Below are positions 38,021 to 47,123 of a stretch of DNA of 60,709 nucleotides, in pieces (position 1 is the stretch's first letter; the number at the start of each line of letters is the position of its first letter). The notes below the pieces were generated by a model. The model ran no database searches and had not been told where the DNA came from. It saw only the letters and a program-made list of their open reading frames with translations. The DNA comes from Candidatus Kaiserbacteria bacterium RIFCSPLOWO2_01_FULL_45_25 (lineage in GTDB: Bacteria; Patescibacteriota; Minisyncoccia; Phycocordibacterales; UBA918), in the NCBI GenBank assembly GCA_001781415.1, contig MFLT01000008.1:101916-162624 (forward strand), written 5' to 3'. The translations under genes and the position numbers were made by a program.

Positions 38021-39427
38021 CTAAGCTGGGTTAGCTGGCTGGTTGCGACCACTGAGTAAGACCACTAAAAAAGCTAGTCCAAGGATGGCAATGAGGCCGA
38101 GGTAATTGTTTCTACTATTACCACCATCTTCACTTGGCAGCGCGGCGGCTGCGGCCGCCGCGCTCTCTGGCTCTATCACTATCACCTCATTAGGAACCGC
38201 GCCATCTGGCCCGGCAGCAAGTGCACTCTCAGTAAAAAACCCAAACGGTGTAGAGACAGTAACCGGGCCGCCAGCAACCGTATCAGCACTACTTTCTTCT
38301 GCCGATTCATCAGCCTCAGATGTCCCGTCCTCATACGTTGAGGTGACAAGCTGTTGCTTGGTGTCATAAAGATAAACTGGTGACCACTGCCCAACCATGT
38401 CAGCTGGAATAGTAATAGTGGCCCTAGGTAAAATTATCGTCCTAGGTGGGAATACCACCGTCTCAACACCTTTAACGCTATACCCCGAAATATCGGTGTC
38501 GTACTGGGCATTGTTGTGAATTTGTATATCACCACTATCATTTCTTGTAATTGAGAATACTACTGGTAGCACTTTTATCTCATGCCGAGCCACTTGTTCA
38601 ACCTTATCTTTCTTGGCATACACAGTCACCACGTATTCACCAGGGTAGGCATAGGTGTGCGTCACTCGCTTTCCTTCCTCGGTATACATGTCACCAAAGT
38701 TCCAAATAAAGCGCACTGTACTATCTTGATTTTTATATACACCAGAGACGTCGACCTTCAGTGGAATACTTTGATTTACATACGCTACACTCTGCACATC
38801 GGGAGTTAAGGTCATCTTGGTCTCGGGGTTTTTAATTCGTACCGACACCGAAGAGCTTCGACCACTACTACTTTTATTTGAACCACTACTGGTCGTTTGT
38901 GTAGTAGTGGTGGTAGTGGACGTGTCGCTGGCTGGTGGTGTTACTCGCCCACCGCCATTTATGGCGCCAGGAGTTGGGGTGTCTGTGACCCACCCAGAGG
39001 CTGTATACTGCGCCGTCTCTTTGGTGGCGTTATCGCCACCGATGTTTTGCCAATCAGTGCCGCCAGACACCTGATCAATAATGGTGCCACCAGCATCACG
39101 GAGAGTGAGGGTCGCGCCGGTATTCACGAGCGCACCTGAATACGTCAAAAGAGCCGTGCTTGGTGCAGAATCATCACTGGTACGCTCAAGCACTCCATAC
39201 GATGCAGCCTCAATGCTACCAGTGAGTCCAATATTTAAATTTGCGCCGTCGGTGAGAGACCAACCAGCCAAAGACACAGCGCTGTCCCCAGCGTTGTATA
39301 GCTCAATCCATTCGTGATTAGCATTAGCACTACTGCCCATCCAGGCTACTTCATTAATGCGAACAGCATAGACCGTCTGCGTAACACCCAAAAATAAACA
39401 AGTGGAAATTACACAGAGGCGAAGCAT
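38021..39427 (-). CDS. Surface protein: lamin-tail domain + PKD domain + C-terminal membrane anchor
   Basis: Signal peptide; INEVAWMG..EWIELYN..W.TD.PTPG (LTD); WNFGD..HTYAYPGEYVV (PKD); C-terminal TM. Confidence 0.88.
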   Translation of the reverse strand: MLRLCVISTCLFLGVTQTVYAVRINEVAWMGSSANANHEWIELYNAGDSAVSLAGWSLTDGANLNIGLTGSIEAASYGVLERTSDDSAPSTALLTYSGALVNTGATLTLRDAGGTIIDQVSGGTDWQNIGGDNATKETAQYTASGWVTDTPTPGAINGGGRVTPPASDTSTTTTTTQTTSSGSNKSSSGRSSSVSVRIKNPETKMTLTPDVQSVAYVNQSIPLKVDVSGVYKNQDSTVRFIWNFGDMYTEEGKRVTHTYAYPGEYVVTVYAKKDKVEQVARHEIKVLPVVFSITRNDSGDIQIHNNAQYDTDISGYSVKGVETVVFPPRTIILPRATITIPADMVGQWSPVYLYDTKQQLVTSTYEDGTSEADESAEESSADTVAGGPVTVSTPFGFFTESALAAGPDGAVPNEVIVIEPESAAAAAAALPSEDGGNSRNNYLGLIAILGLAFLVVLLSGRNQPANPA

Positions 39428-39430
39428 ACT

Positions 39431-41458
39431 CTAGGAAGCAAATGGCGAACGTTCTCCGCCGGATGACTTAAAAAGTTTTTCAATTTTCTTCGGTGCTAGT
39501 GGGTCGTCTGAAGCAGTGTCTTGCTTAGCTTCCGGTGCAGTATGAGTCTCAAGGGCGCTAAAAGCAGCTTCGGCTTCGGCCGCCAGCCTCTCTATCTCTT
39601 CTCGATTAGCGACTGGTTTCGTCTCCTCTGGTTTTTGATGGACTGGAGCTGGAGTAACTTCTTCTGGCTTGTGAGGTGGTGGCACCGGCTCTCCGGCCGT
39701 ATGTACTCCAGTGTCTACCTGCTTCAGTACATCAGCAAGAGCACTGCGCAATGGACTCACCTCAGGGGCAGACTTGGTAGACTTATCTTCACCACCTTTA
39801 CTCAAACGAGCCAAAACCGCCTTCAAATCTTCTGGTGATTTTGATGGCTGCTGCGGGCGCTTGTGTGATTCATGCTCATGCTTTCGCTCTGGGTTTTGAA
39901 CTCGGGGCCGTTCTTCCGCCATATTTGCTTCTGGAGCACGTTCTTCTGTTCGCTTAGTAACAGGGGCCTGTTCTTTAGTATCTACTCTTGGGAGATGTTC
40001 AGTCTTTGGTCGCTCTGGCTGTCTAGGGGCTGCAGCGGGTTGGCTCTGACTTGTCTTGTGAACTGTTTCAACGGACTTGACTGGTGCAGTGGCGGCTGGC
40101 TTAACTGCAGCTTCACTCTTACGTTCAGCAACGTATTGGCTGTTGGTTTTTTTTGGTTCTACTTTTACTGGCGTATGGAGATCAAAAATTATTTTCTCAA
40201 CTTCTTCACGCGGACGAGCGTTGTTTTTGCGACTAGCGGCAATCACCATCCCCTTGCAAGACATATGTGGTCGCTCCACTGGCGGCAGCGTAACAGCGGA
40301 GAACGGCTGCGAGCCAATACCGTCAATCATGAGGGTGAGATAAATCTGCGCAAAACCAAGGTTCACTAAGTCCGTCGCTAGAAAGCGTGGGGTGAAGACA
40401 GTCTCTAATGTCTCAGCATCAAACGGCCCAACTCGGAATGAGACAGTAGTACCGACGTTACCAAAGACTGCGTCACGTACCTCCTCTTCCATCTGTTCGA
40501 TGTACTGGTGAGCGATGATGAGGTTGAGGTGATACTTACGAGCTTCAGAAAGAATGTTGGCAAAAGTCGCGTTGGCAAAAGACTGGAATTCGTCAACATA
40601 GAAGTAGAAGTTCGGCATGGTACGCATCTGCTCCACTGGCAAATCCGCGCGACTCATGGCAGCAAGGTAGATGCGGGTAGTGAGCATTGAACCAAGCAAG
40701 TTAGCATTGGTCTCACCCACCAGTCCTTTAGAGAGGTTCATAATGAGAATCTTTTTCTCATCCATGATTTTTCGAATATCAAAACTCGAATGAGGCTGTC
40801 CGATGATATTACGAATCAGCGGGTTACCAGTGAACTGGCCAATTTTGTTTTGAATAGCTGGCAAAGCCTCGGCCGCAAAGCGGTCGGTATAGTTGGCAAA
40901 CTCTTCAGTCCAAAACGCCTTCACGGCTGGGTCCTTACAATAATCCACCACCTGGTTGCGGTACGCCTTGTCTGAGAACAGACGGTTCACAGAGAGGAGT
41001 GTGGTGTCTGGGTACTCAATCAAAACCAACAGTGCATTGGTGAGGATGTACTCCATACGAGCACTCCAAGCATCTACCCAAATTTTCTTGAAGGTAGACA
41101 TGAGGCCAGACACCACCAAGTGACGTTTATCGGGACCAACGTCTTCCATCACGTTAAATGAGACGGGGTTGTCTAGATCAAACGGCGCGAAATACACCAC
41201 GTCGTTGATACGGTGCTCAGGCACGTAATCTAGTAGTGTCTCAGCCGCTGAACCGTGCGGGTCAATAAAAGCCATTCCTTCGCCGTTTTGGATGTCTTGG
41301 GCCGCCATGTTTTCAAGCAAAGTCGACTTACCCATACCAGTCTTCCCCACCACGTACATGTGACGTTGGCGGTCTTTGGCTTTAATACCAAAAGGCACCT
41401 GCTTGCCCCGGGCATCAGTCTTTGCAAAGAAAGTAATTTTTTCTGGATCAAAACCCAT
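39431..41458 (-). CDS. VirD4/TraD-like (DUF87/HerA-related) coupling ATPase with a long disordered C-tail
   Basis: HMYVVGKTGMGKST Walker A, IDPHG, YVDEFQ Walker B, EARKY, AHQY; start moved to ATG 41458. Confidence 0.88.
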   Translation of the reverse strand: MGFDPEKITFFAKTDARGKQVPFGIKAKDRQRHMYVVGKTGMGKSTLLENMAAQDIQNGEGMAFIDPHGSAAETLLDYVPEHRINDVVYFAPFDLDNPVSFNVMEDVGPDKRHLVVSGLMSTFKKIWVDAWSARMEYILTNALLVLIEYPDTTLLSVNRLFSDKAYRNQVVDYCKDPAVKAFWTEEFANYTDRFAAEALPAIQNKIGQFTGNPLIRNIIGQPHSSFDIRKIMDEKKILIMNLSKGLVGETNANLLGSMLTTRIYLAAMSRADLPVEQMRTMPNFYFYVDEFQSFANATFANILSEARKYHLNLIIAHQYIEQMEEEVRDAVFGNVGTTVSFRVGPFDAETLETVFTPRFLATDLVNLGFAQIYLTLMIDGIGSQPFSAVTLPPVERPHMSCKGMVIAASRKNNARPREEVEKIIFDLHTPVKVEPKKTNSQYVAERKSEAAVKPAATAPVKSVETVHKTSQSQPAAAPRQPERPKTEHLPRVDTKEQAPVTKRTEERAPEANMAEERPRVQNPERKHEHESHKRPQQPSKSPEDLKAVLARLSKGGEDKSTKSAPEVSPLRSALADVLKQVDTGVHTAGEPVPPPHKPEEVTPAPVHQKPEETKPVANREEIERLAAEAEAAFSALETHTAPEAKQDTASDDPLAPKKIEKLFKSSGGERSPFAS

Positions 41459-41483
41459 GATTTTATGTATGTAGTATAGCAAA

Positions 41484-41521
41484 CAAAAGCCCCAGCACCC
41501 GAAAGGTGCTGGGGCTTTTGT
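41484..41521. repeat. Hairpin/terminator, copy 1 of a 38-bp direct repeat
   Basis: CAAAAGCCCCAGCACCCGAAAGGTGCTGGGGCTTTTGT. Confidence 0.9.
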
Positions 41522-41545
41522 ACTGGTATACTAAAAGTTACAATT

Positions 41546-42763
41546 ATGGGACTAGAGCTATCTCAAGAAAATACCAAAGAAACAGTCGACACCAGCCGTC
41601 GTAATTTTTTGAAAATAGGCATGGCGGCATTTGGCAGCACCCTACTTAATAACAACATAGCAAACGAGGATGTCACAAAGGGAAAGCGACGGAAAGATTA
41701 TGAAATGGACAAAAAAGAAGCTGAGATTGGACCAGAAATTGAGGATAGTGTAAACGAACTAAAAGCGGGACTTGAACAAAAATACAATTTTTCAATTGAA
41801 TTAGTAGCTGCTGAAATAGCAGCTACTAAGTCTGCTACAGCAAAAGACTTTACCGAGCTTCGACTCATAAAAAAGTACGAGGCGTTATTAATGCTAGAGT
41901 CTACTTTAGCCAAATATCCGACTTTCATAATTTCAAAATCTGGACTAAAAAACTTAATGATTACCACCAAGAGTGGTAAGCGCTCAAACAGTGATTCTGT
42001 GGGATTTGTCACCTTTGGTCACCTTGAAGCACCTGAACGAAAAGACCAGCCCGTGCTAGTGATTGCCTACGACTGGAATAGTGGCGAAGACATACCAGAA
42101 AAATCAAGGCTTGATTCAGAGTTCGTGCCAGATAGTTTATACGAAGAATACGTATCTGAAGAATCAAAGATTACAAAAATTAGTTTTGAGCAAACTATTC
42201 ACCATGAATTTTTCCATTTTCTTGTTGACATGCCTGGAACAGAAAGCAGTTCTAGGAGTGCGGAATATTTTTTCACAAATAAATGGTCAGACAACTACGG
42301 TGATTTTAATGACAGAAAAAAAGAAGAGTATGAAAAAGTCATACAAGAACAATCTGAAAATAAAAACGAAGCCCCAGCTTTTCATACAATTACAGAGGAT
42401 ACTGCAGGCTTTGCCGTTCCGTACGGTTTAACATCAGACAAAGAAGACAGAGCGAGCGTTGTTGAGATACTTCTTAGCGGATACGAGGCGTATCTAATTA
42501 GAGACAAAACTGACATAATCTTGCACCAAAAGGTTGCCAGCATAAAAGAATTTTATTTTAATCTCAGCAATGGCCTTATGGATGATGAGTATTGGGAAGA
42601 CTTAAGGCTAAATCAGAAATTTTCTCCAGCCGTCGCCGAATTTACTGAAAAGGCCCATGGTATTATTAAAACACCATACGAGGAATATATCTTTAAAGAT
42701 AGGGTTTCTAGCGAATTGTACGCTGATTGGCAAAATCGATTAAAAATTGAGTATCCAAACTAA
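41546..42763 (+). CDS. Putative zincin metallopeptidase with a twin-arginine-like N-terminus
   Basis: SRRNFLK motif; IHHEFFH (HExxH) and downstream YG.T..KED.A; AT-rich. Confidence 0.65.
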   Translation: MGLELSQENTKETVDTSRRNFLKIGMAAFGSTLLNNNIANEDVTKGKRRKDYEMDKKEAEIGPEIEDSVNELKAGLEQKYNFSIELVAAEIAATKSATAKDFTELRLIKKYEALLMLESTLAKYPTFIISKSGLKNLMITTKSGKRSNSDSVGFVTFGHLEAPERKDQPVLVIAYDWNSGEDIPEKSRLDSEFVPDSLYEEYVSEESKITKISFEQTIHHEFFHFLVDMPGTESSSRSAEYFFTNKWSDNYGDFNDRKKEEYEKVIQEQSENKNEAPAFHTITEDTAGFAVPYGLTSDKEDRASVVEILLSGYEAYLIRDKTDIILHQKVASIKEFYFNLSNGLMDDEYWEDLRLNQKFSPAVAEFTEKAHGIIKTPYEEYIFKDRVSSELYADWQNRLKIEYPN

Positions 42764-42777
42764 CCAGAGTGATACAG

Positions 42778-42815
42778 CAAAAGCCCCAGCACCCGAAAGG
42801 TACTGGGGCTTTTGT
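42778..42815. repeat. Hairpin/terminator, copy 2 of a 38-bp direct repeat
   Basis: CAAAAGCCCCAGCACCCGAAAGGTACTGGGGCTTTTGT, one mismatch to copy 1. Confidence 0.9.
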
Positions 42816-42826
42816 GTGGCTACTTA

Positions 42827-44329
42827 TTATCCGCCAAATCGTTCCTCGGCGTACTTGAGTAGGTCGCGCACATCATCGTTACGATTCTCTGAACCGAGGA
42901 TAATGATAGCTACCACTCGTTCTTTCCCCTTCACTGAAATTGTATGTAGCGTCACTGACGTTTGCCCAGCAGCAATAGTCTCCCCCACCTTGCCGCCAAT
43001 GAAGTTATCTAAAGTTTCTACTTTATTAAAATTAACTAATTCACCAAACTCCCCACCGGTGTATGAACTAGCTGTATTTTGATTGGCAGTTATTTCCAGG
43101 ATGAAGCTACGGTTCGTGTAGATGTACTGCGCCAAGCGGAACAAATCACTAAGTGACGAAGTGTTCTCAGCACTGAGGCCTGAGGCATCGGCAAAGTTGG
43201 TGTGGAGCATACCCAATGAACGGGCCTTTTGATTCATGAGGGCAATGAATTCTTCACGTCCTAATTCAGCTGCTATTACTTCGGCTGCTTCGTTTGAAGA
43301 TTCCACTAGTAAGAGCTGAAGCAGACTATACATTGAAACCTTGCTGCGTTCTCCAAGACGTGGGATGAGTGATTGTACAAAGGTCGGCTCATTCACGTAC
43401 ACACTACTATCGAGGTTGATGTGCTCAGCCGCTACTAGTGCAGTCATGAGCTTGGCGACCGACGCAATTGGCGCTACAGCGTCTAGGTCACTTGAGGCCA
43501 AGACAGTACTGCTCTTCACATCAGCAATTAAGTAGTGCGGGGTTTTAAGATCAGGAATTTTTGGTTCATAGACAAAGTCTTCGGCTTCAACATCAGCAGC
43601 GTGAACCAAGACTGGTGTACCGACTGAAACCAGCTTATACAGTCGCTCAGCATCAGCATCAGCGAGTCTGATACCGCCACCAGCAAACTCTTCATTTACC
43701 TTTGTACCGTCAGCAAATTCCGGCCAACCATGGATAAAGAAGTTACCTTGGAATGAAAGACTCCATGGTTGATAGATTTGTCCCACCGTCGAGAAGTGTC
43801 GTTCTTTTTTGAACTCCACGGCATAAAGACCAGCTGGTGTCTGCCACCAGGTTCCTTCAATACCCTTGGCTAGAATTGGTGCACTTTCGGTCAAAATTCC
43901 ATTTTCAAAAAACCGAAGCTGCATCGCGGTAAGGTCGGCTTCGATAAAGGTGGTGGCTGCTTCCACAAACGCTTCGCGAGTCTCCGCAAAGAAGTTTGGT
44001 TGCGAGAGCGCTACTTGTACACCGTAATTAAGAACAGATCCACTATCGGCCTGCCCCGCCGGGAGATGGACCTCAGGAACTGGAGCACTTCCAACTGAAG
44101 CGAGAGATTGAACTCCTAAATATCCAGCTGAAATTACAAATACAAAGGCCGCCAGTGGCAACAAAAATAATACTGCGTAGGTATCAATTTGACGCAAAGC
44201 TGATGTCTTGCGCTCAGCTGTCGCTACTGACTTTGGCTTGAGATACGGAATCAGCGACCCATTGCCTGGAGTTGGTGTTTCATCTTCTAGTCGTACAGCA
44301 TAAAACCGACGCGGTGTTTCGTCTTCCAT
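42827..44329 (-). CDS. YkuD-like L,D-transpeptidase-fold domain fused to a peptidase S11 D-Ala-D-Ala carboxypeptidase
   Basis: WQTPAG, FIHG (YkuD); PIASVAKLMTA (SxxK), ESSNEAA (SxN), FADASGL, GGKVG; start moved to ATG 44329. Confidence 0.85.
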   Translation of the reverse strand: MEDETPRRFYAVRLEDETPTPGNGSLIPYLKPKSVATAERKTSALRQIDTYAVLFLLPLAAFVFVISAGYLGVQSLASVGSAPVPEVHLPAGQADSGSVLNYGVQVALSQPNFFAETREAFVEAATTFIEADLTAMQLRFFENGILTESAPILAKGIEGTWWQTPAGLYAVEFKKERHFSTVGQIYQPWSLSFQGNFFIHGWPEFADGTKVNEEFAGGGIRLADADAERLYKLVSVGTPVLVHAADVEAEDFVYEPKIPDLKTPHYLIADVKSSTVLASSDLDAVAPIASVAKLMTALVAAEHINLDSSVYVNEPTFVQSLIPRLGERSKVSMYSLLQLLLVESSNEAAEVIAAELGREEFIALMNQKARSLGMLHTNFADASGLSAENTSSLSDLFRLAQYIYTNRSFILEITANQNTASSYTGGEFGELVNFNKVETLDNFIGGKVGETIAAGQTSVTLHTISVKGKERVVAIIILGSENRNDDVRDLLKYAEERFGG

Positions 44330-44356
44330 GGTGTCATTATACCTTACGACCACAAC

Positions 44357-45700
44357 CTACTCTAAGACGTTAGACACACTAGAGGTAGCTACTTCCATTG
44401 TTCCTGGAGCCTTTAAGGCGCCTTTGGTGTAGATATTTGATGGCGCCCAAATCATAAAAGACATTACGCCAGCGTCATAGCTTGCTTGGATTTGTGCTCG
44501 CACTTCAGCGATGTCGTAGTTACCACCATAATCAAAGTCCTGGATCCAGGTACGGAGACGGTCGGCAGTGTAGACAGGCTTCTGGTATACCGCTGGCGTA
44601 GAAGTACCAACCCGTTCATGTAAGAAACCGTTCATTGGGGTGGTCTCAGACTTCATGCGATCTACTCCAGTCTTCATGGCGTGATAGACCACTTTGTATG
44701 GACTCAGGTTTGGGTCACCCAGGCCCAGATAGTCGTCTGGATAATGTGATGGATACACCATTGGCGCCACAAAATCAAAGTACGGAGCGGTTCGATCTTG
44801 GACTTGTCCAATTGAAAGGTCATCGTAGTTGGTAGTGGTCATTCCAAAGAGGTCGGCTGAGGTCCAAGGAGTAGAAGTAGCGCGGCCAGTGTTCGTGTGG
44901 CGCACAGCGGCAAATTTACTCTCATCATCAAGTGCTTTCTCTAGATATGCGAAGAAGGCTTCGAGGTTGGCCTGTTTGTCGCCCGGCCACTGACTACCGT
45001 CAGTGTGCTGAAACAATATGTCGCGCATGTTGCCGTCACTTGGGTACCGCACGTAGTCAAAGTTCAGCTCATCAAAACCTAAGTTGTATGTATCAACAGA
45101 CAAAGCAACTATGTGGTCCCAATATTCTTTGGCGGCCACATCAATAAACGACAGACCTTTGCCGTCATGCCAAACCGAAACTCCGTCTGACTTTTTGACA
45201 GCCAAGTGCGGAAAACGCTCAGCATGAAATGGGTCTTGAAAAACTGTGATACGACCAATGAGATAGATTCCTTTTGAGTGCATTTCTGCCACAAACTCTT
45301 TCATATCCCGCGCGCCGCAGCGCGCGTTTTCCCAACCTGGCATCAGGGCTGGGTTAGTTGGCTTAAACGAAATCGTGCCAGAGTAATCTTTGATATCCAA
45401 AATCACACTATTGATCTCTGTCTCCTCAACCAAAGTCACCAACTTCTCACGGAAGCTTGGTGTACCCGCCACACAAGAGGTCATGTAGATAGCTTTTACT
45501 TGAGCTGGGATTGGCACATGCTTTACCACTTCCCTAGTATCAGGAGGTTCAGGCTTGACCACTTCTTCTGCAGTCTGCTCCTTAGTTGCGACCGTGCCTG
45601 GCTTTTCATACGTCAAATCAGCCCGCGGTATTGAAGCGTGACTTAATAATGCCAGCAAGCTGACAAATCCAACTAGGGTCATACCTAGGTACTTTTGCAT
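44357..45700 (-). CDS. Putative glycoside hydrolase (DUF4015-like), membrane/secreted
   Basis: VKAIYMT, NSVILDIKD, GRITVFQD, GFDELNFDYVRYP, SADLFG, APMVYPSHY, TWIQDF. Confidence 0.85.
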   Translation of the reverse strand: MQKYLGMTLVGFVSLLALLSHASIPRADLTYEKPGTVATKEQTAEEVVKPEPPDTREVVKHVPIPAQVKAIYMTSCVAGTPSFREKLVTLVEETEINSVILDIKDYSGTISFKPTNPALMPGWENARCGARDMKEFVAEMHSKGIYLIGRITVFQDPFHAERFPHLAVKKSDGVSVWHDGKGLSFIDVAAKEYWDHIVALSVDTYNLGFDELNFDYVRYPSDGNMRDILFQHTDGSQWPGDKQANLEAFFAYLEKALDDESKFAAVRHTNTGRATSTPWTSADLFGMTTTNYDDLSIGQVQDRTAPYFDFVAPMVYPSHYPDDYLGLGDPNLSPYKVVYHAMKTGVDRMKSETTPMNGFLHERVGTSTPAVYQKPVYTADRLRTWIQDFDYGGNYDIAEVRAQIQASYDAGVMSFMIWAPSNIYTKGALKAPGTMEVATSSVSNVLE

Positions 45701-45705
45701 ACCTA

Positions 45706-45948
45706 CTATTGTAACTCGCGGTCAGAGAAGAGTTGCTTGGTTGTCTCCACGAAAGAGTCATCGCCTCGTTCTCCATTACCATGGTCTATTCTGGTGAAAT
45801 ACTGCGCCCGTCTCTGCATGTAGCCAATCAAGATAAGTAACGCACCCACACTAGCCACGGCATACTGTTTCCAATCTTCGGGAATACCAAGAAATGGAAC
45901 CAAAGTCAGAATGATACCGATGAAGAAGACGAGCGTTTCTTTAGTCAT
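45706..45948 (-). CDS. Small two-TM membrane protein
   Basis: MTKETLVFFIGIILTLVPFLGIP..W; start moved to ATG 45948. Confidence 0.7.
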   Translation of the reverse strand: MTKETLVFFIGIILTLVPFLGIPEDWKQYAVASVGALLILIGYMQRRAQYFTRIDHGNGERGDDSFVETTKQLFSDRELQ

Positions 45949-46026
45949 TGTTTGCAGTATACAGTACCCCTCCCACAAAACCAAAATGTGGATTAATAAG
46001 ACCACTCTTCTTAATTTTTTCAATAG

Positions 46027-46055
46027 AAAAAGCCGCAGCGGAGCTGCGGCTTTTT
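46027..46055. terminator. Bidirectional terminator
   Basis: AAAAAGCCGCAGC-GGA-GCTGCGGCTTTTT. Confidence 0.8.
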
Positions 46056-46076
46056 GTGCCTGAGGGTCAGTGACCT

Positions 46077-46286
46077 TCAGACATCATCTGGATATGGGAC
46101 CCACTTAGGCACTCCGTGAGTGGACACTTCCTTTCGGACCACCGGCGGTCGTTGGGGCAAAGTGCCGGGGGAAAGCGTGCCGGGAAGAAGCCTCCCCATC
46201 ATGCCTTCGATACCCCAGTGGTGCTGTTGCGACCGCGGTTTAGAGGGCTGGTGGGGTTTAGGTTCTTTTAAGATTTGTTGACTCAA
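46077..46286 (-). CDS. Small Pro-rich hypothetical protein (69 aa); SD-bearing accessory gene
   Basis: TTG start at 46286 with AAGGAG 5 nt upstream, its own promoter and a downstream terminator. Confidence 0.55.
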   Translation of the reverse strand: MSQQILKEPKPHQPSKPRSQQHHWGIEGMMGRLLPGTLSPGTLPQRPPVVRKEVSTHGVPKWVPYPDDV

Positions 46287-46324
46287 GTTTACTCCTTCTG
46301 GGTTGAAAAAACGGGACGACCCAC

Positions 46325-46352
46325 ATAATACAAGCCAATAGGTTAATGTCAA
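46325..46352 (-). promoter_or_regulatory. sigma70-type promoter
   Basis: TTGACA-16 bp-TATTAT on the minus strand, overlapping the rsmI stop. Confidence 0.65.
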
Positions 46353-47035
46353 TGACAATCAACCAACACCACATACTCCCCCCGAACCTTGTCTGGATAG
46401 GTAGTAAAGTAGTCAAAAACGTACTCTGCACTGCCCGATACCACCTCTTCGAAGAGCTTGGTGATTTCACGCGCTACCATGACTTTAGTCTCAGGCGACA
46501 CCGTCTGCTTGAGCGACTCCAGTGTCTTCATGATGCGATGGGTTGATTCAAAAAATATTACTGGGTGATCGTAATTTTCGAGCTCTTGGAAGAACGTCTG
46601 TCTTCCCTTCTTCTGCGGCACAAAGCCCAAGAATGAAAATTGGTTTCCAGAGAGGCCGGCGATAGAAAAAGCGGCAGTGACAGCTGAAGGACCTGGGATG
46701 GCATCAATTCGCCCAGCGTCTGCCTCACGGACTTTGGCCACCAAGAACACACCCGGATCAGACACACCCGGTGTACCAGCATCAGACACGAGCGCAATCT
46801 GCTTGCCAGCTTCGAGGTCAGTGATGATGTCTGCATGGACCTTTTCGCTAGTGTGGGCGTCGTAGCGCTTTAGAGTAGTTTTGATATCGTAGTGCTTAAG
46901 GAGATTACCAGTCACCCGAGTATCCTCACAAAGTACGTAGTCTACTTCTCGCAGAATACGAAGGGCCCGCATGGTGATGTCTTCCATGTTACCAATTGGA
47001 GTCGCTACTACATAGAGAGTTCCTTGTTTTTCCAT
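46349..47035 (-). CDS. rsmI: 16S rRNA (cytidine1402-2'-O)-methyltransferase
   Basis: LYVVATPIGNMEDIT.RA, CEDTR, VSDAGTPGVSDPG, IPGPSA, FESTHR, AREITKLFEE, GEYV. Confidence 0.97.
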   Translation of the reverse strand: MEKQGTLYVVATPIGNMEDITMRALRILREVDYVLCEDTRVTGNLLKHYDIKTTLKRYDAHTSEKVHADIITDLEAGKQIALVSDAGTPGVSDPGVFLVAKVREADAGRIDAIPGPSAVTAAFSIAGLSGNQFSFLGFVPQKKGRQTFFQELENYDHPVIFFESTHRIMKTLESLKQTVSPETKVMVAREITKLFEEVVSGSAEYVFDYFTTYPDKVRGEYVVLVDCH

Positions 47036-47073
47036 ATATATCTGCCTAAGCTACCACTTACGCAGACAAAAGA

Positions 47074-47101
47074 AAAGGCGAAGCGCAAGCGCTTCGCCTT
47101 T
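47074..47101. terminator. Terminator-like hairpin
   Basis: AAAGGCGAAGCGC-AA-GCGCTTCGCCTTT. Confidence 0.75.
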
Positions 47102-47123
47102 ATCATCGAGTCAGACCGACCAA

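Noticed and set aside
42757-42815. Integron attC site after the zincin gene
   Set aside because: AACTAAC only partly matches RYYYAAC, there is no matching GTTRRRY, the hairpin has terminator features, and no integrase is seen.
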